A DNA stretch of 30,548 bases from a virus. Its lineage: Duplodnaviria > Heunggongvirae > Uroviricota > Caudoviricetes. Positions within the stretch are counted from its first letter, which is position 1; each line of letters begins with the position of its first letter. Below the pieces are notes generated by a model that saw only the letters and a program-made list of their open reading frames with translations, was not told where the DNA came from and ran no database searches. Below, piece after piece: positions 16,119 through 25,316 of this stretch. Made by a program: the position numbers and the translations under genes. The stretch lies in IMG/VR virus record IMGVR_UViG_3300045988_118519. One strand, written 5' to 3'.

Positions 16119-16582
16119 GCAGAGTCGCCGCGATTATTTATGCTCTGGTTATCTGCATCATCGTCTGCCTGTCATGGGCTGTTAATCATTACCGTGATAA
16201 CGCCATTACCTACAAAGCCCAGCGCGACAAAAATGCCAGAGAACTGGAGAAGGCGAACGCCACCATTACTGACATGCAGCAGCGCCAGCGTGCTGCTGAT
16301 GCACTCGATGCTAAATACACGAAGGAGTTAGCTGATGCGAAAGCTGAAAATGATGCTCTTCGGCGCAAGCTTGATAATGGTGGTCGGGTGTTCGTCAAAG
16401 GAAAATGCCCTGTGCCAACCTCAGCCGAAGCCTCCAGCGCCTCCGGCATGGGCAATGATGCCACCGTCGAACTCTCTCCAGTTGCTGGACGAAACGTTCT
16501 CGGTATCCGGGACGGAATTATCCGCGACCAAACAGCACTGAGAACGCTTCAGGAATACATCAGGACGCAATGCCTTCGATGA
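16115..16582 (+). CDS. Rz: Rz i-spanin, 155 aa
   Basis: [44 protein letters not shown] is near-identical to lambda Rz N-terminus; GTG start overlapping endolysin end. Confidence 0.85.
   Translation: MSRVAAIIYALVICIIVCLSWAVNHYRDNAITYKAQRDKNARELEKANATITDMQQRQRAADALDAKYTKELADAKAENDALRRKLDNGGRVFVKGKCPVPTSAEASSASGMGNDATVELSPVAGRNVLGIRDGIIRDQTALRTLQEYIRTQCLR
16335..16541 (+). CDS. Rz1: Rz1 o-spanin lipoprotein embedded in the +1 frame of Rz, 68 aa
   Basis: [22 protein letters not shown] lipobox plus Pro-rich [11 protein letters not shown] as in lambda Rz1; AAGGAG RBS. Confidence 0.8.
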   Translation: MRKLKMMLFGASLIMVVGCSSKENALCQPQPKPPAPPAWAMMPPSNSLQLLDETFSVSGTELSATKQH

Positions 16583-16782
16583 TAGCGATAATTTTACTCA
16601 TCATCCTTCACATCTGGCTCTGTAGACAGGGTGGTGATCACTTCTGGAGTGAATCCAGATTAAATATCTCATTGCTGATGCTTGATATTGAGCATCTTGC
16701 GCGCGGTAAGGGGCTGCGTTGGGATAAGAGCCAGTCATTACAAATACCAGGATTTAGCCTCGCATTCGCGGGGCTTTTGTAA
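16570..16782 (+). CDS. Possible small hydrophobic protein, 70 aa
   Basis: ORF only; hydrophobic N-terminus; followed by terminator at 16800. Confidence 0.25.
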   Translation: MPSMIAIILLIILHIWLCRQGGDHFWSESRLNISLLMLDIEHLARGKGLRWDKSQSLQIPGFSLAFAGLL

Positions 16783-16799
16783 TGGCTTATACCCTACAC

Positions 16800-16826
16800 G
16801 GGATAACTTAACTGATATCCCTTTTA
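16800..16826 (+). terminator. Terminator-like hairpin GGGATA-N10-TATCCC followed by TTTTAA
   Basis: Read directly. Confidence 0.45.
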
Positions 16827-17159
16827 ACGGATAAAGGTATTCAAGCCTGACACATCATGCGCTGTATCGTCGCCGTATTCCCGTATTAACAGAGACCGTA
16901 GCCCGACGGGGAACTCCTTCTGCGCGAGTGTGCGGGAATAATCAAAAACGATGCACACCGGGTTTTTACCGCGTTTATGGTTCGCGGGTTTGTCCCTCAT
17001 GCTCGCCAGTCCTGTGCGGGGGTGGAAGAAACAGGACACTCACACAGATTCTTGTGGGCACGATGCTATTCCTTTCTGGATTATCCCGATGCCATTCATG
17101 CAGGGCGCTGTATCAGACGTTCGTCATGGCTGTCAGGCTGACGGGTCCTCCCGGTGGGG

Positions 17160-17350
17160 TGGCCTGCCACGGGGCGGGAGCGTCGCGGAAAAAGGCTAGT
17201 TTTTGCATTTTTATTGGCCACCATCATCTTTGCATCTTATTGATTATTAATGGTTATTTGTTTTTTGCATGTCGAATTGAGTGTTTTTTGTTCGACATCG
17301 AACGCGTTTTCTTAAAGTTGTTCGCACGATGCATGTTTAAAGCTCTCCGG
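17160..17350 (+). other. cos site: cosN at about 17172-17183 and candidate cosB with small-terminase binding repeats
   Basis: CACGGGGCGGGAGCGTCGCGG resembles lambda cosN ACGGGGCGGCGACCTCGCGG as I recall it; 8-bp inverted repeat ATGTCGAA/TTCGACAT at 17268-17299; about 186 nt upstream of terminase small subunit gene. Confidence 0.65.
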
Positions 17351-17357
17351 AGGAAAT

Positions 17358-17849
17358 ATGGATCATGAGTTGAAAAACCTGGTGCTGAATATTAATCAAC
17401 TGGCGGCTTTATCTGGTCTGCACCGCCAGACTGTCGTGGCAAGACTGAAAAACATTCGTCCCGCTGGTGGACATGACAAACTCAAGCTATACCGGTTGAC
17501 CGATATTCTGACTGAATTTATGGGGTTACCACCGCCGGTTGCTGAGGGCGAAATGGATCCACATGAACGCAAAGCCTGGTATCAGTCTGAACGTGAGCGT
17601 CTTAAGTTCGAACAGGAAACGGCACAACTCATTCCGGCCAGTGATGTCAGACGGGAGTTTGCCATCTGGGCAAAAGCGGTCGTGCAGGTGCTGGAGACAT
17701 TACCGGATATTCTGGAACGTGACTGCGGCCTGCAGCCTGCCGCTGTGAGCCGTGTTCAGTCCATTATTGATGATCTGCGCGATCAGATAGCCCTGCGGGT
17801 GACCGAAGCAGGTGCGGATGATGAGGAGGAATTACAGCAGGAGGAGTAA
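17358..17849 (+). CDS. Terminase small subunit (Nu1-like), 163 aa
   Basis: Position after cos; N-terminal HTH-like NINQLAALSGLHRQTVVARLKNI; GGAGGA RBS. Confidence 0.8.
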   Translation: MDHELKNLVLNINQLAALSGLHRQTVVARLKNIRPAGGHDKLKLYRLTDILTEFMGLPPPVAEGEMDPHERKAWYQSERERLKFEQETAQLIPASDVRREFAIWAKAVVQVLETLPDILERDCGLQPAAVSRVQSIIDDLRDQIALRVTEAGADDEEELQQEE

Positions 17850-19951
17850 TGCTGAATCAGGAAACCGCAAAGGCAGCACGAACCGATTCAGGTTATATCC
17901 TTCGCGCACCGAGACGAATGCGGGTTGCTGATGCCGTTGCTCAGTATATGCGGGTGCCCATGGGGGCAGGGAACTCAGTCCCGTGGGATCCGCTGGTGGC
18001 ACCGTATGTTATTGAGCCGATGAACTGCCTGGCCTCGCGTGAATACGACGCAGTGATATTTGTTGGCCCGGCACGAACCGGCAAGACTATCGGCCTGATT
18101 GACGGCTGGGTGATTTACAACGTGATTTGCGACCCTGCGGATATGCTGATCATTCAGATGACGGAGGAAAAAGCCCGCGAACACTCCAAAAAACGACTCG
18201 CCAGAACGTTTCGCGTCAGCCCGGAAGTGGTCAGTCGCCTGAGTCCGAACAAAAATGACAACAACGTTTATGACAGAACATTCCTTGCTGGCAACTACCT
18301 GAAAATCGGCTGGCCGTCAGTCAATATCATGTCCTCATCAGATTATAAATGCGTCGCGCTGACGGATTATGACCGTTTTCCGGAAGATATTGATGGCGAG
18401 GGGGATGCTTTCTCTCTTGCCTCAAAACGTACCACAACATTTATGTCCAGTGGTATGACGCTGGTGGAGAGTTCCCCCGGCAGGGATGTGAAGGATGTGA
18501 AATGGCGACGGACTTCACCGCATGAGGCTCCACCAACCACTGGGATACTGTCGCTCTATAACCGTGGCGATCGCCGTCGCTGGTACTGGCCCTGTCCACA
18601 CTGTGGTGAGTATTTTCAGCCCTGCGGCGATGTGGTTGCTGGTTTCCGTGATATTGCCGATCCCGTGCTGGCAAGTGAGGCGGCTTATATTCAGTGTCCT
18701 TCCTGTTCAGGACGGATTATGCCTGAACAAAAACGTGAGCTGAACGGACGTGGGGTCTGGCTGCGGGATGGTGAATCCATCAATGCGGATGGCAGTCGTT
18801 ATGGTGATCCCCGACGCTCACGTATTGCGTCATTCTGGATGGAGGGTCCGGCAGCTGCTTACCAGACACTCTCGCAACTCGTTTACAAACTGCTTACTGC
18901 AGAACAGGAATACGAGACAACCGGAAGTGAAGAAACACTCAAGACGGTTATCAATACCGACTGGGGATTACCTTATCTTCCCCGCGCCAGCATGGAGCAA
19001 CGAAAAAGTGAACTGCTTGAGCAGCGGGCAGAGCCAGTTCCTTCCCGCAGTGTGCCGGATGGCGTTAATTTCCTTGTGGCGACAGTGGATGTGCAGGCGG
19101 GACGTCATCGCCGTTTTGTGGTTCAGGTAACGGGCTATGGCAGCCGTGGCGAACGCTGGATTATTGATCGTTACAACATCACGCAGTCATTGCGCGGTGA
19201 CAGCGACGGGGAGAGCCAGCGAATTGATCCGGCCAGTTATCCGGAAGACTGGGATGTCCTGCTGACGGATGTTTTTCATAAAAGCTGGCCGCTGGCCTCC
19301 GATCCTTCTCAACAAATGCGACTGATGGCAATGGCGGTGGACTCCGGCGGTGAAGACGGGGTCACTGATAATGCCTATAAATTCTGGCGTCGTTGCCGTC
19401 GTGATGGCCTTGGTAAACGTATTTACCTGTTTAAGGGCGACAGCATCCGGCGCGCAAAACTGATCACCCGTACATTCCCTGATAACACCGGACGAACGGG
19501 CCGACGGGCGCAGGCCGCAGGTGATGTACCGCTCTGGCTTCTTCAGACGGATGCCCTGAAAGACCGGGTGAATAACGCGTTATGGCGTGACTCGCCAGGT
19601 CCCGGCTATGTGCATTTCCCTGACTGGCTGGGGAGCTGGTTTTACGACGAACTGACGTATGAAGAGCGGAGCAGTGACGGGAAATGGAGTAAGCCGGGTC
19701 GCGGTGCCAACGAAGCTTTTGACCTGATGGTGTATGCCGAGGCTCTGGTCATTCTGCATGGATACGAAAAGATCCGCTGGCCGGATGCACCGGAGTGGGC
19801 GAGCCGGGAAACCTGGCTGGAGTGTGTCCCGGACAGTACCGAACCGTCACCCTCACCGGAACCGGTATCCACGCCTGTTAAAAAACAAAAACGGAAGAAA
19901 ACAGTAACTGACGATGTTAACCCCTGGCTGACTTCCGGAGGATGGTTATGA
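17849..19951 (+). CDS. Terminase large subunit (lambda gpA-like), 700 aa
   Basis: Walker A-like VGPARTGKT; WPCPHCGEYFQ parallels lambda A VACPHCGEEQY; size and synteny. Confidence 0.9.
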   Translation: MLNQETAKAARTDSGYILRAPRRMRVADAVAQYMRVPMGAGNSVPWDPLVAPYVIEPMNCLASREYDAVIFVGPARTGKTIGLIDGWVIYNVICDPADMLIIQMTEEKAREHSKKRLARTFRVSPEVVSRLSPNKNDNNVYDRTFLAGNYLKIGWPSVNIMSSSDYKCVALTDYDRFPEDIDGEGDAFSLASKRTTTFMSSGMTLVESSPGRDVKDVKWRRTSPHEAPPTTGILSLYNRGDRRRWYWPCPHCGEYFQPCGDVVAGFRDIADPVLASEAAYIQCPSCSGRIMPEQKRELNGRGVWLRDGESINADGSRYGDPRRSRIASFWMEGPAAAYQTLSQLVYKLLTAEQEYETTGSEETLKTVINTDWGLPYLPRASMEQRKSELLEQRAEPVPSRSVPDGVNFLVATVDVQAGRHRRFVVQVTGYGSRGERWIIDRYNITQSLRGDSDGESQRIDPASYPEDWDVLLTDVFHKSWPLASDPSQQMRLMAMAVDSGGEDGVTDNAYKFWRRCRRDGLGKRIYLFKGDSIRRAKLITRTFPDNTGRTGRRAQAAGDVPLWLLQTDALKDRVNNALWRDSPGPGYVHFPDWLGSWFYDELTYEERSSDGKWSKPGRGANEAFDLMVYAEALVILHGYEKIRWPDAPEWASRETWLECVPDSTEPSPSPEPVSTPVKKQKRKKTVTDDVNPWLTSGGWL

Positions 19952-20160
19952 ACCAGAATGATATCGAAGCCATGATTCAGCGTTATACGGAAGCTGAAAT
20001 GGCGGTGCTGGACGGAAAATCCGTCACCTTTAATGGTCAGCAGATGACCATGGAAAACTTATCTGAGATCCGGCAGGGACGGCAGGAGTGGGAGCGCCGC
20101 CTTGCGGCTCTGATTACACGACGACGGGGGCATCCCGGGTACCGGCTGGCGAGGTTCTGA
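19948..20160 (+). CDS. W: Head-tail joining protein W-like, 70 aa
   Basis: Size, position and C-terminal RRRGHPGY similar to lambda W RRRGPAGF; ATGA overlap with terminase. Confidence 0.7.
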   Translation: MNQNDIEAMIQRYTEAEMAVLDGKSVTFNGQQMTMENLSEIRQGRQEWERRLAALITRRRGHPGYRLARF

Positions 20161-21668
20161 TGGCAATTCTTGATGATGTGATTGGCGTTTTTTCACCAGG
20201 ATGGAAAGCGGCAAGGCTGCGTTCCCGTGCGGTGATCCAGGCTTATGAGGCCGTAAAAACGACGCGGACACACAAAGCCCGGCGGGAGAACCGAACTGCC
20301 GACCAGTTAAGCCAGTACGGGGCCGTGTCGTTACGTGAGCAGGCCCGTTACCTTGATAACAACCACGATCTGGTTATTGGTGTATTTGACAAGCTGGAAG
20401 AACGGGTGGTGGGGAAAAACGGGATTATTGTCGAGCCACATCCGGTATTACGCAATGGGGCCATTGCCCGTGATCTGGCAGCGGAGATACGCACCCGATG
20501 GAGTGAATGGTCTGTCAGTCCGGAAGTCACCGGGCAGTTTACCCGTCCGATGCTGGAACGTCTGATGCTGCGTACCTGGCTGCGCGATGGTGAGGTGTTT
20601 GCCCAGATGGTTTCCGGGCGCATAAACAGCCTGACGCCTTCTGCCGGTGTTCATTTCTGGCTGGAGGCGCTCGAGCCGGACTTTATTCCCATGACCAGTG
20701 ATGAGAGCAACAGGCTGAATCAGGGCGTGTTTGTTGATGACTGGGGGCGTCCCGAAAAATATCTGGTGTATAAAAGCCGTCCCGTATCCGGGCGGCAGAT
20801 GGAAACCAAAGAAGTGGATGCAGAGCGAATGCTGCATCTTAAATTTGTTCGCCGTCTGCACCAGATGCGCGGGACGTCTTTGTTGTCCGGTGTGCTGATC
20901 CGCCTCAGTGCCCTGAAAGAGTATGAAGATTCTGAGCTGACTGCAGCAAGGATCGCCGCTGCTCTGGGGATGTACATCCGGAAAGGCGACGGGCAGAGCT
21001 ATGAACCGGATGGTAATGGCAGCAAGGAGAATGAACGCGAGCTTACCATTCAGCCAGGCATTATTTACGACGATCTGAAACCCGGCGAAGAAATCGGAAT
21101 GGTGAAGTCGGATCGTCCCAATCCTAACCTTGAAACTTTTCGTAATGGTCAGTTGCGTGCCGTGGCGGCGGGCAGTCGTCTGAGTTTTTCCAGTACGGCA
21201 CGCAACTATAACGGCACTTACAGCGCCCAGCGTCAGGAACTGGTTGAGTCTACTGATGGCTACCTGATCCTGCAGGACTGGTTTATTGGTGCCGTCACCC
21301 GCCCGATGTATCGTGCCTGGCTGAAACAGGCTGTGGCATCCGGTGTTATCAGGCTACCCCGCGATCTTGACCGTTCTTCACTGTATACCGCGGTGTATTC
21401 CGGACCGGTGATGCCGTGGATTGACCCTGTTAAGGAGGCTGAGGCCTGGAAAATCCAGATTCGTGGTGGAGCGGCGACAGAATCAGACTGGGTACGTGCT
21501 GGTGGTCGTAATCCGGATGATGTCAAACGTCGGCGCAAGGCCGAAATTGATGAAAACCGCAAGCTGGATCTGGTATTTGATACCGATCCGGCCAGTGATA
21601 AAGGAGGCAGCAGTGCCGCAACGAAACGACAGGAGCCGCAGCACACCGACGACCAGTCCGAAGAATAA
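20160..21668 (+). CDS. Portal protein (lambda gpB-like), 502 aa
   Basis: Size and synteny; ATG overlaps W stop. Confidence 0.85.
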   Translation: MAILDDVIGVFSPGWKAARLRSRAVIQAYEAVKTTRTHKARRENRTADQLSQYGAVSLREQARYLDNNHDLVIGVFDKLEERVVGKNGIIVEPHPVLRNGAIARDLAAEIRTRWSEWSVSPEVTGQFTRPMLERLMLRTWLRDGEVFAQMVSGRINSLTPSAGVHFWLEALEPDFIPMTSDESNRLNQGVFVDDWGRPEKYLVYKSRPVSGRQMETKEVDAERMLHLKFVRRLHQMRGTSLLSGVLIRLSALKEYEDSELTAARIAAALGMYIRKGDGQSYEPDGNGSKENERELTIQPGIIYDDLKPGEEIGMVKSDRPNPNLETFRNGQLRAVAAGSRLSFSSTARNYNGTYSAQRQELVESTDGYLILQDWFIGAVTRPMYRAWLKQAVASGVIRLPRDLDRSSLYTAVYSGPVMPWIDPVKEAEAWKIQIRGGAATESDWVRAGGRNPDDVKRRRKAEIDENRKLDLVFDTDPASDKGGSSAATKRQEPQHTDDQSEE

Positions 21669-23640
21669 TTCCTGGTTCAGGATGCAGGCTGGTCACCAGA
21701 GTGACGCGGATATTTATATTTATGACGAGATTGGTTTCTGGGGTGTTACAGCGAAGCAGTTTATCAGTGATCTGAATGCACTGGGCGATATCACCCACAT
21801 TAATCTCCATATTAATTCACCGGGTGGCGATGTCTTTGAAGGCATCGCCATTTTTAATGCGCTGAAAACACATGGGGCGTCCATTACCGTTTATGTCGAC
21901 GGTGTGGCGGCGTCAATGGCGTCGGTCATTGCGATGGTGGGAAACCCGGTCATTATGCCGGAAAACACCTTCATGATGATTCATAAACCATTTGGCTTTA
22001 CGGGCGGTGATGCGGAGGACATGCGCACCTATGCCGACCTGCTCGATAAGGTTGAGGCGGTTCTGTTACCCGCTTATGCACAGAAAACCGGGAAAACCAC
22101 CGATGAAATTGCTGCCATGCTGGCGGATGAGACCTGGATGTCCGGTGCCGAATGTCTGGCACATGGATTTGCTGATCAGGTAACGCCAGCCGTTAAGGCA
22201 ATGGCATGTATTCAGTCAAAACGTACAGAGGAATTTAAAAAGATGCCGGAATCCATTCGAAACATGATTACTCCGCCACGCAACAGTGCTCCACGCGTAC
22301 AGGATAATGAACCTGTAGCCTCCCGGACGCCAGTGCAGGCAGCAGCACCTGTGGTGGATGAAAACAGTATCCGTGCGCAGGTACTGGCAGAGCAAAAAGC
22401 GCGTGTAAACGGTATTAATGATTTGTTTGCCATGTTTGGCGGGCGTTATCAGACGCTGCAGGCTCAGTGTCTTGCCGATCCTGAATGTTCGCTGGAGCAA
22501 GCCCGCGAAAAGCTGTTGAACGAGATGGGGCGCGAGTCCACGCCATCCAATAAAAATACCCCGGCTCATATTTATGCCGGTAACGGTAATTTTGTGGGGG
22601 ACGGGATCCGCCAGGCGCTGATGGCGCGTGCCGGATTTGAAAAAACCGAACGTGATAATGTCTACAACGGGATGACCCTGCGTGAATATGCTCGTATGTC
22701 ACTGACTGAACGGGGGATTGGGGTTTCCAGTTATAACCCGATGCAGATGGTCGGTGCGGCGTTCACACACAGTACGTCTGACTTCGGTAATATTCTGCTG
22801 GATGTTGCGAACAAAGCCATTCTGCAGGGCTGGGAAGATGCCCCTGAAACCTATGAACAGTGGACGCGGAAAGGTCAGTTGTCTGATTTTAAAATTGCCC
22901 ATCGTGTGGGTATGGGGGGCTTCAGTGCTCTGCGTCAGGTGCGTGAAGGGGCGGAATATAAATACGTCACCACCGGAGATAAACAGGCCACTATTGCACT
23001 GGCGACCTATGGCGAGCTGTTCAGTATCACCCGTCAGGCCATTATCAATGATGATCTGAATATGCTGACCGATGTCCCGATGAAACTGGGCCGTGCGGCG
23101 AAATCCACTATTGCCGATCTGGTTTATGCCATTCTGACGTCTAACCCGAAAATCTCCACAGATAATGTAAGTCTGTTCGATAAAGCGAAACATGCAAACG
23201 TACTGGAGAGCGCTGCAATGGACGTGGCATCGCTGGATAAAGCCCGCCAGTTGATGCGTGTTCAGAAAGAGGGGGAGCGTCATCTGAATATTCGTCCTGC
23301 GTTCGTACTGGTACCGACGGCGATGGAGTCTGTTGCTAACCAGGTCATTCGCTCCTCAAGTGTCAAGGGGGCTGACATTAACGCCGGTATTATTAACCCG
23401 GTGAAAGATTTTGCGACCGTTATTGCAGAGCCTCGTCTTGATGATAACAGCCAGACCACTTTCTACCTGGCTGCGTCCAAAGGCTCCGATACGATTGAAG
23501 TGGCTTATCTCAACGGTGTGGATACGCCATATATTGATCAGATGGAGGGCTTCAGTGTGGATGGCGTGACAACGAAAGTGCGTATTGACGCCGGTGTCGC
23601 GCCAGTTGATCACCGCGGTCTGGTGAAATGTACGGCGTAA
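21613..23640 (+). CDS. Prohead protease (ClpP/S49-like) fused to major capsid protein (Mu gpT-like fold), 675 aa
   Basis: GTG with AAGGAGG RBS at 21601; N-terminal ClpP-like INSPGGDV and AASMAS; long C-terminal capsid-like region; single uninterrupted frame. Confidence 0.8.
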   Translation: MPQRNDRSRSTPTTSPKNNSWFRMQAGHQSDADIYIYDEIGFWGVTAKQFISDLNALGDITHINLHINSPGGDVFEGIAIFNALKTHGASITVYVDGVAASMASVIAMVGNPVIMPENTFMMIHKPFGFTGGDAEDMRTYADLLDKVEAVLLPAYAQKTGKTTDEIAAMLADETWMSGAECLAHGFADQVTPAVKAMACIQSKRTEEFKKMPESIRNMITPPRNSAPRVQDNEPVASRTPVQAAAPVVDENSIRAQVLAEQKARVNGINDLFAMFGGRYQTLQAQCLADPECSLEQAREKLLNEMGRESTPSNKNTPAHIYAGNGNFVGDGIRQALMARAGFEKTERDNVYNGMTLREYARMSLTERGIGVSSYNPMQMVGAAFTHSTSDFGNILLDVANKAILQGWEDAPETYEQWTRKGQLSDFKIAHRVGMGGFSALRQVREGAEYKYVTTGDKQATIALATYGELFSITRQAIINDDLNMLTDVPMKLGRAAKSTIADLVYAILTSNPKISTDNVSLFDKAKHANVLESAAMDVASLDKARQLMRVQKEGERHLNIRPAFVLVPTAMESVANQVIRSSSVKGADINAGIINPVKDFATVIAEPRLDDNSQTTFYLAASKGSDTIEVAYLNGVDTPYIDQMEGFSVDGVTTKVRIDAGVAPVDHRGLVKCTA

Positions 23641-23663
23641 ACGTCGCAGACAACAACTCTGAT

Positions 23664-23683
23664 GGCCCGTAAGGGCTTTTTTT
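23664..23683 (+). terminator. Rho-independent terminator after the capsid gene
   Basis: GCCC-gtaa-GGGC hairpin followed by TTTTTTT. Confidence 0.6.
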
Positions 23684-23726
23684 GTACCTGAAATCAGCCC
23701 CTGAACGGGGCTGTGCGGAGACAGTT

Positions 23727-24050
23727 ATGGCAAAGAATTTTGTAGAAGAAGGAAAAACGGTGGCGATTGTTGCCAGTGCAGCCATCAGCAGCGGAGATCT
23801 GGTGCAGGTGGGTGATGTTTTTGCGGTGGCGCTGACCGATATTCCACAGGGTGAAACAGGCGACGGCATGACCGAAGGTGTGTTTATGCTGCCTAAGCTG
23901 AAAACGGATGACATGAAAACGGGTAAGAAGGTTTATCTGAAGTCCGGAAAAGTTCAGCTGACTAACAGCGGCTCTGATCCGCTGGTCGGGGTTGTCTGGG
24001 CAGATGCCGGAACCAGTGCAGAAGAAGTGCCGGTAAAACTCAATGTCTGA
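23727..24050 (+). CDS. DUF2190-family head protein (possible decoration/cement protein), 107 aa
   Basis: Position after capsid gene; family from recall of the conserved pattern; GGAG RBS. Confidence 0.55.
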   Translation: MAKNFVEEGKTVAIVASAAISSGDLVQVGDVFAVALTDIPQGETGDGMTEGVFMLPKLKTDDMKTGKKVYLKSGKVQLTNSGSDPLVGVVWADAGTSAEEVPVKLNV

Positions 24051-24318
24051 TCCCTTTTCCCGGTTGGCAGCGCGTATGGATGCTATCACGGTCAGAAAGA
24101 TGGGAAAGACAGCCTCGATTAATGATGTCGATATGACTGTGATCCCGGGAGAAACACTGGCAGAGCTGAATGCTCTGTCCGGACCTGCGGTCTCTCTGGT
24201 GGTGTTTTCTTCGGGATACCGCCCACGGCGCGGGGATCGCGTTGTTTATGACGGACAACAATGGACGGTCACACGGCATGAACGCTTTAACGGTAAGCCA
24301 ATGATCTTTATTGAGTAA
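24043..24318 (+). CDS. Head-tail joining protein FII-like, 91 aa
   Basis: MGKTASI and RRGDRVVYDGQQWTV parallel lambda FII MGTSATI and RRGDTLTIGEENFWV. Confidence 0.65.
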   Translation: MSDPFSRLAARMDAITVRKMGKTASINDVDMTVIPGETLAELNALSGPAVSLVVFSSGYRPRRGDRVVYDGQQWTVTRHERFNGKPMIFIE

Positions 24319-24329
24319 AGAGGTGTGGG

Positions 24330-24908
24330 ATGAAGGGGCTTGAGAATGCCATCCGCAATCTGAACAGCCTTGATACCCGTATGGTGCCACAGGCCAGCGC
24401 ATGGGCGATAAACCGTGTGGCACAGAAAGCGGTCTCGGTTGCCACCCGGCAGGTTGCCGGGAATACCGTTGCGGGAGATAACCAGGTGAAAGGGATCCCC
24501 CTGAAACTGGTACGTCAGCGTGTCCGGGTGTTTAAAGCCAGTCCGTCAGGAAAAATGACGGCCAGGATCCGCGTTAACCGGGGCAATCTGCCCGCCATTA
24601 AGCTGGGGACAGCCCGGGTCAGACTGGCCCGGCGTGGTGGAAAACTGCAGTACCGTGGCAGTGTGCTGAAGGTGGGTAAATATCTTTTCCGGGATGCGTT
24701 TATTCAGCAACTGGCGAATGGTCGCTGGCATGTGATGCGGCGTATTGATGGCAAAAATCGTTACCCCATTGATGTGGTGAAAATCCCGCTGTCCGGACCG
24801 CTGACACAGGCATTTGAAGATGCCCGCGACCGCATCATTGCTGCGGAAATGCCGAAACAGCTGGGGTATGCACTGAAACAACAACTGAGGTTATGGCTGA
24901 CCCGATGA
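24330..24908 (+). CDS. Z: Minor tail protein Z-like, 192 aa
   Basis: Close match to lambda Z by eye (KGLE, WAINRVA, NGRWHVMRR..GKNRYPIDVVKIP, LGYAL); same length. Confidence 0.85.
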   Translation: MKGLENAIRNLNSLDTRMVPQASAWAINRVAQKAVSVATRQVAGNTVAGDNQVKGIPLKLVRQRVRVFKASPSGKMTARIRVNRGNLPAIKLGTARVRLARRGGKLQYRGSVLKVGKYLFRDAFIQQLANGRWHVMRRIDGKNRYPIDVVKIPLSGPLTQAFEDARDRIIAAEMPKQLGYALKQQLRLWLTR

Positions 24909-25306
24909 ACCGACATACACAAATCCGCCAGGTCGTACTGGCACGCCTTCGGGAACAGTGTGGAGACAGCGCCACGTTTTTTGACGGGCTTCCGGCATTT
25001 GTTGATGCGCAGGAACTGCCTGCCGTGGCGGTGTGGCTGAGTGATGCTCAGTACACCGGAAAAATGACGGATGAAGATGACTGGCAGGCTGTTCTGCATA
25101 TTGCTGTCTTCATCCGGGCACAGGCACCGGATTCAGAGCTGGATATGTGGATGGAGAGCACCATTTTCCCGGCCCTGAATGATGTACCGGCACTTTCCGG
25201 ACTCATCGACACCCTGATCCCACTCGGTTTTAACTATCAACGTGATAATGAGATGGCCACCTGGGCGATGGCGGAAATCACGTACCAGATCACGTACACG
25301 AATTAA
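24905..25306 (+). CDS. U: Tail tube terminator U-like, 133 aa
   Basis: ATFFDGLPAFVDAQELPAVAVWL and PDSELDMWMES match lambda U. Confidence 0.85.
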   Translation: MNRHTQIRQVVLARLREQCGDSATFFDGLPAFVDAQELPAVAVWLSDAQYTGKMTDEDDWQAVLHIAVFIRAQAPDSELDMWMESTIFPALNDVPALSGLIDTLIPLGFNYQRDNEMATWAMAEITYQITYTN

Positions 25307-25316
25307 GGAGGTGGCA

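Noticed and set aside
21421-21612. Upstream extension of the protease-capsid ORF to 21421
   Set aside because: It would overlap about 250 nt of the portal gene; the GTG at 21613 with AAGGAGG at ideal spacing is the better start.
22699-23283. 194-aa minus-strand ORF, and other antisense ORFs across 20.0-23.9 kb
   Set aside because: Antisense to the well-supported portal and protease-capsid genes; typical shadow frames in a gene-dense region.
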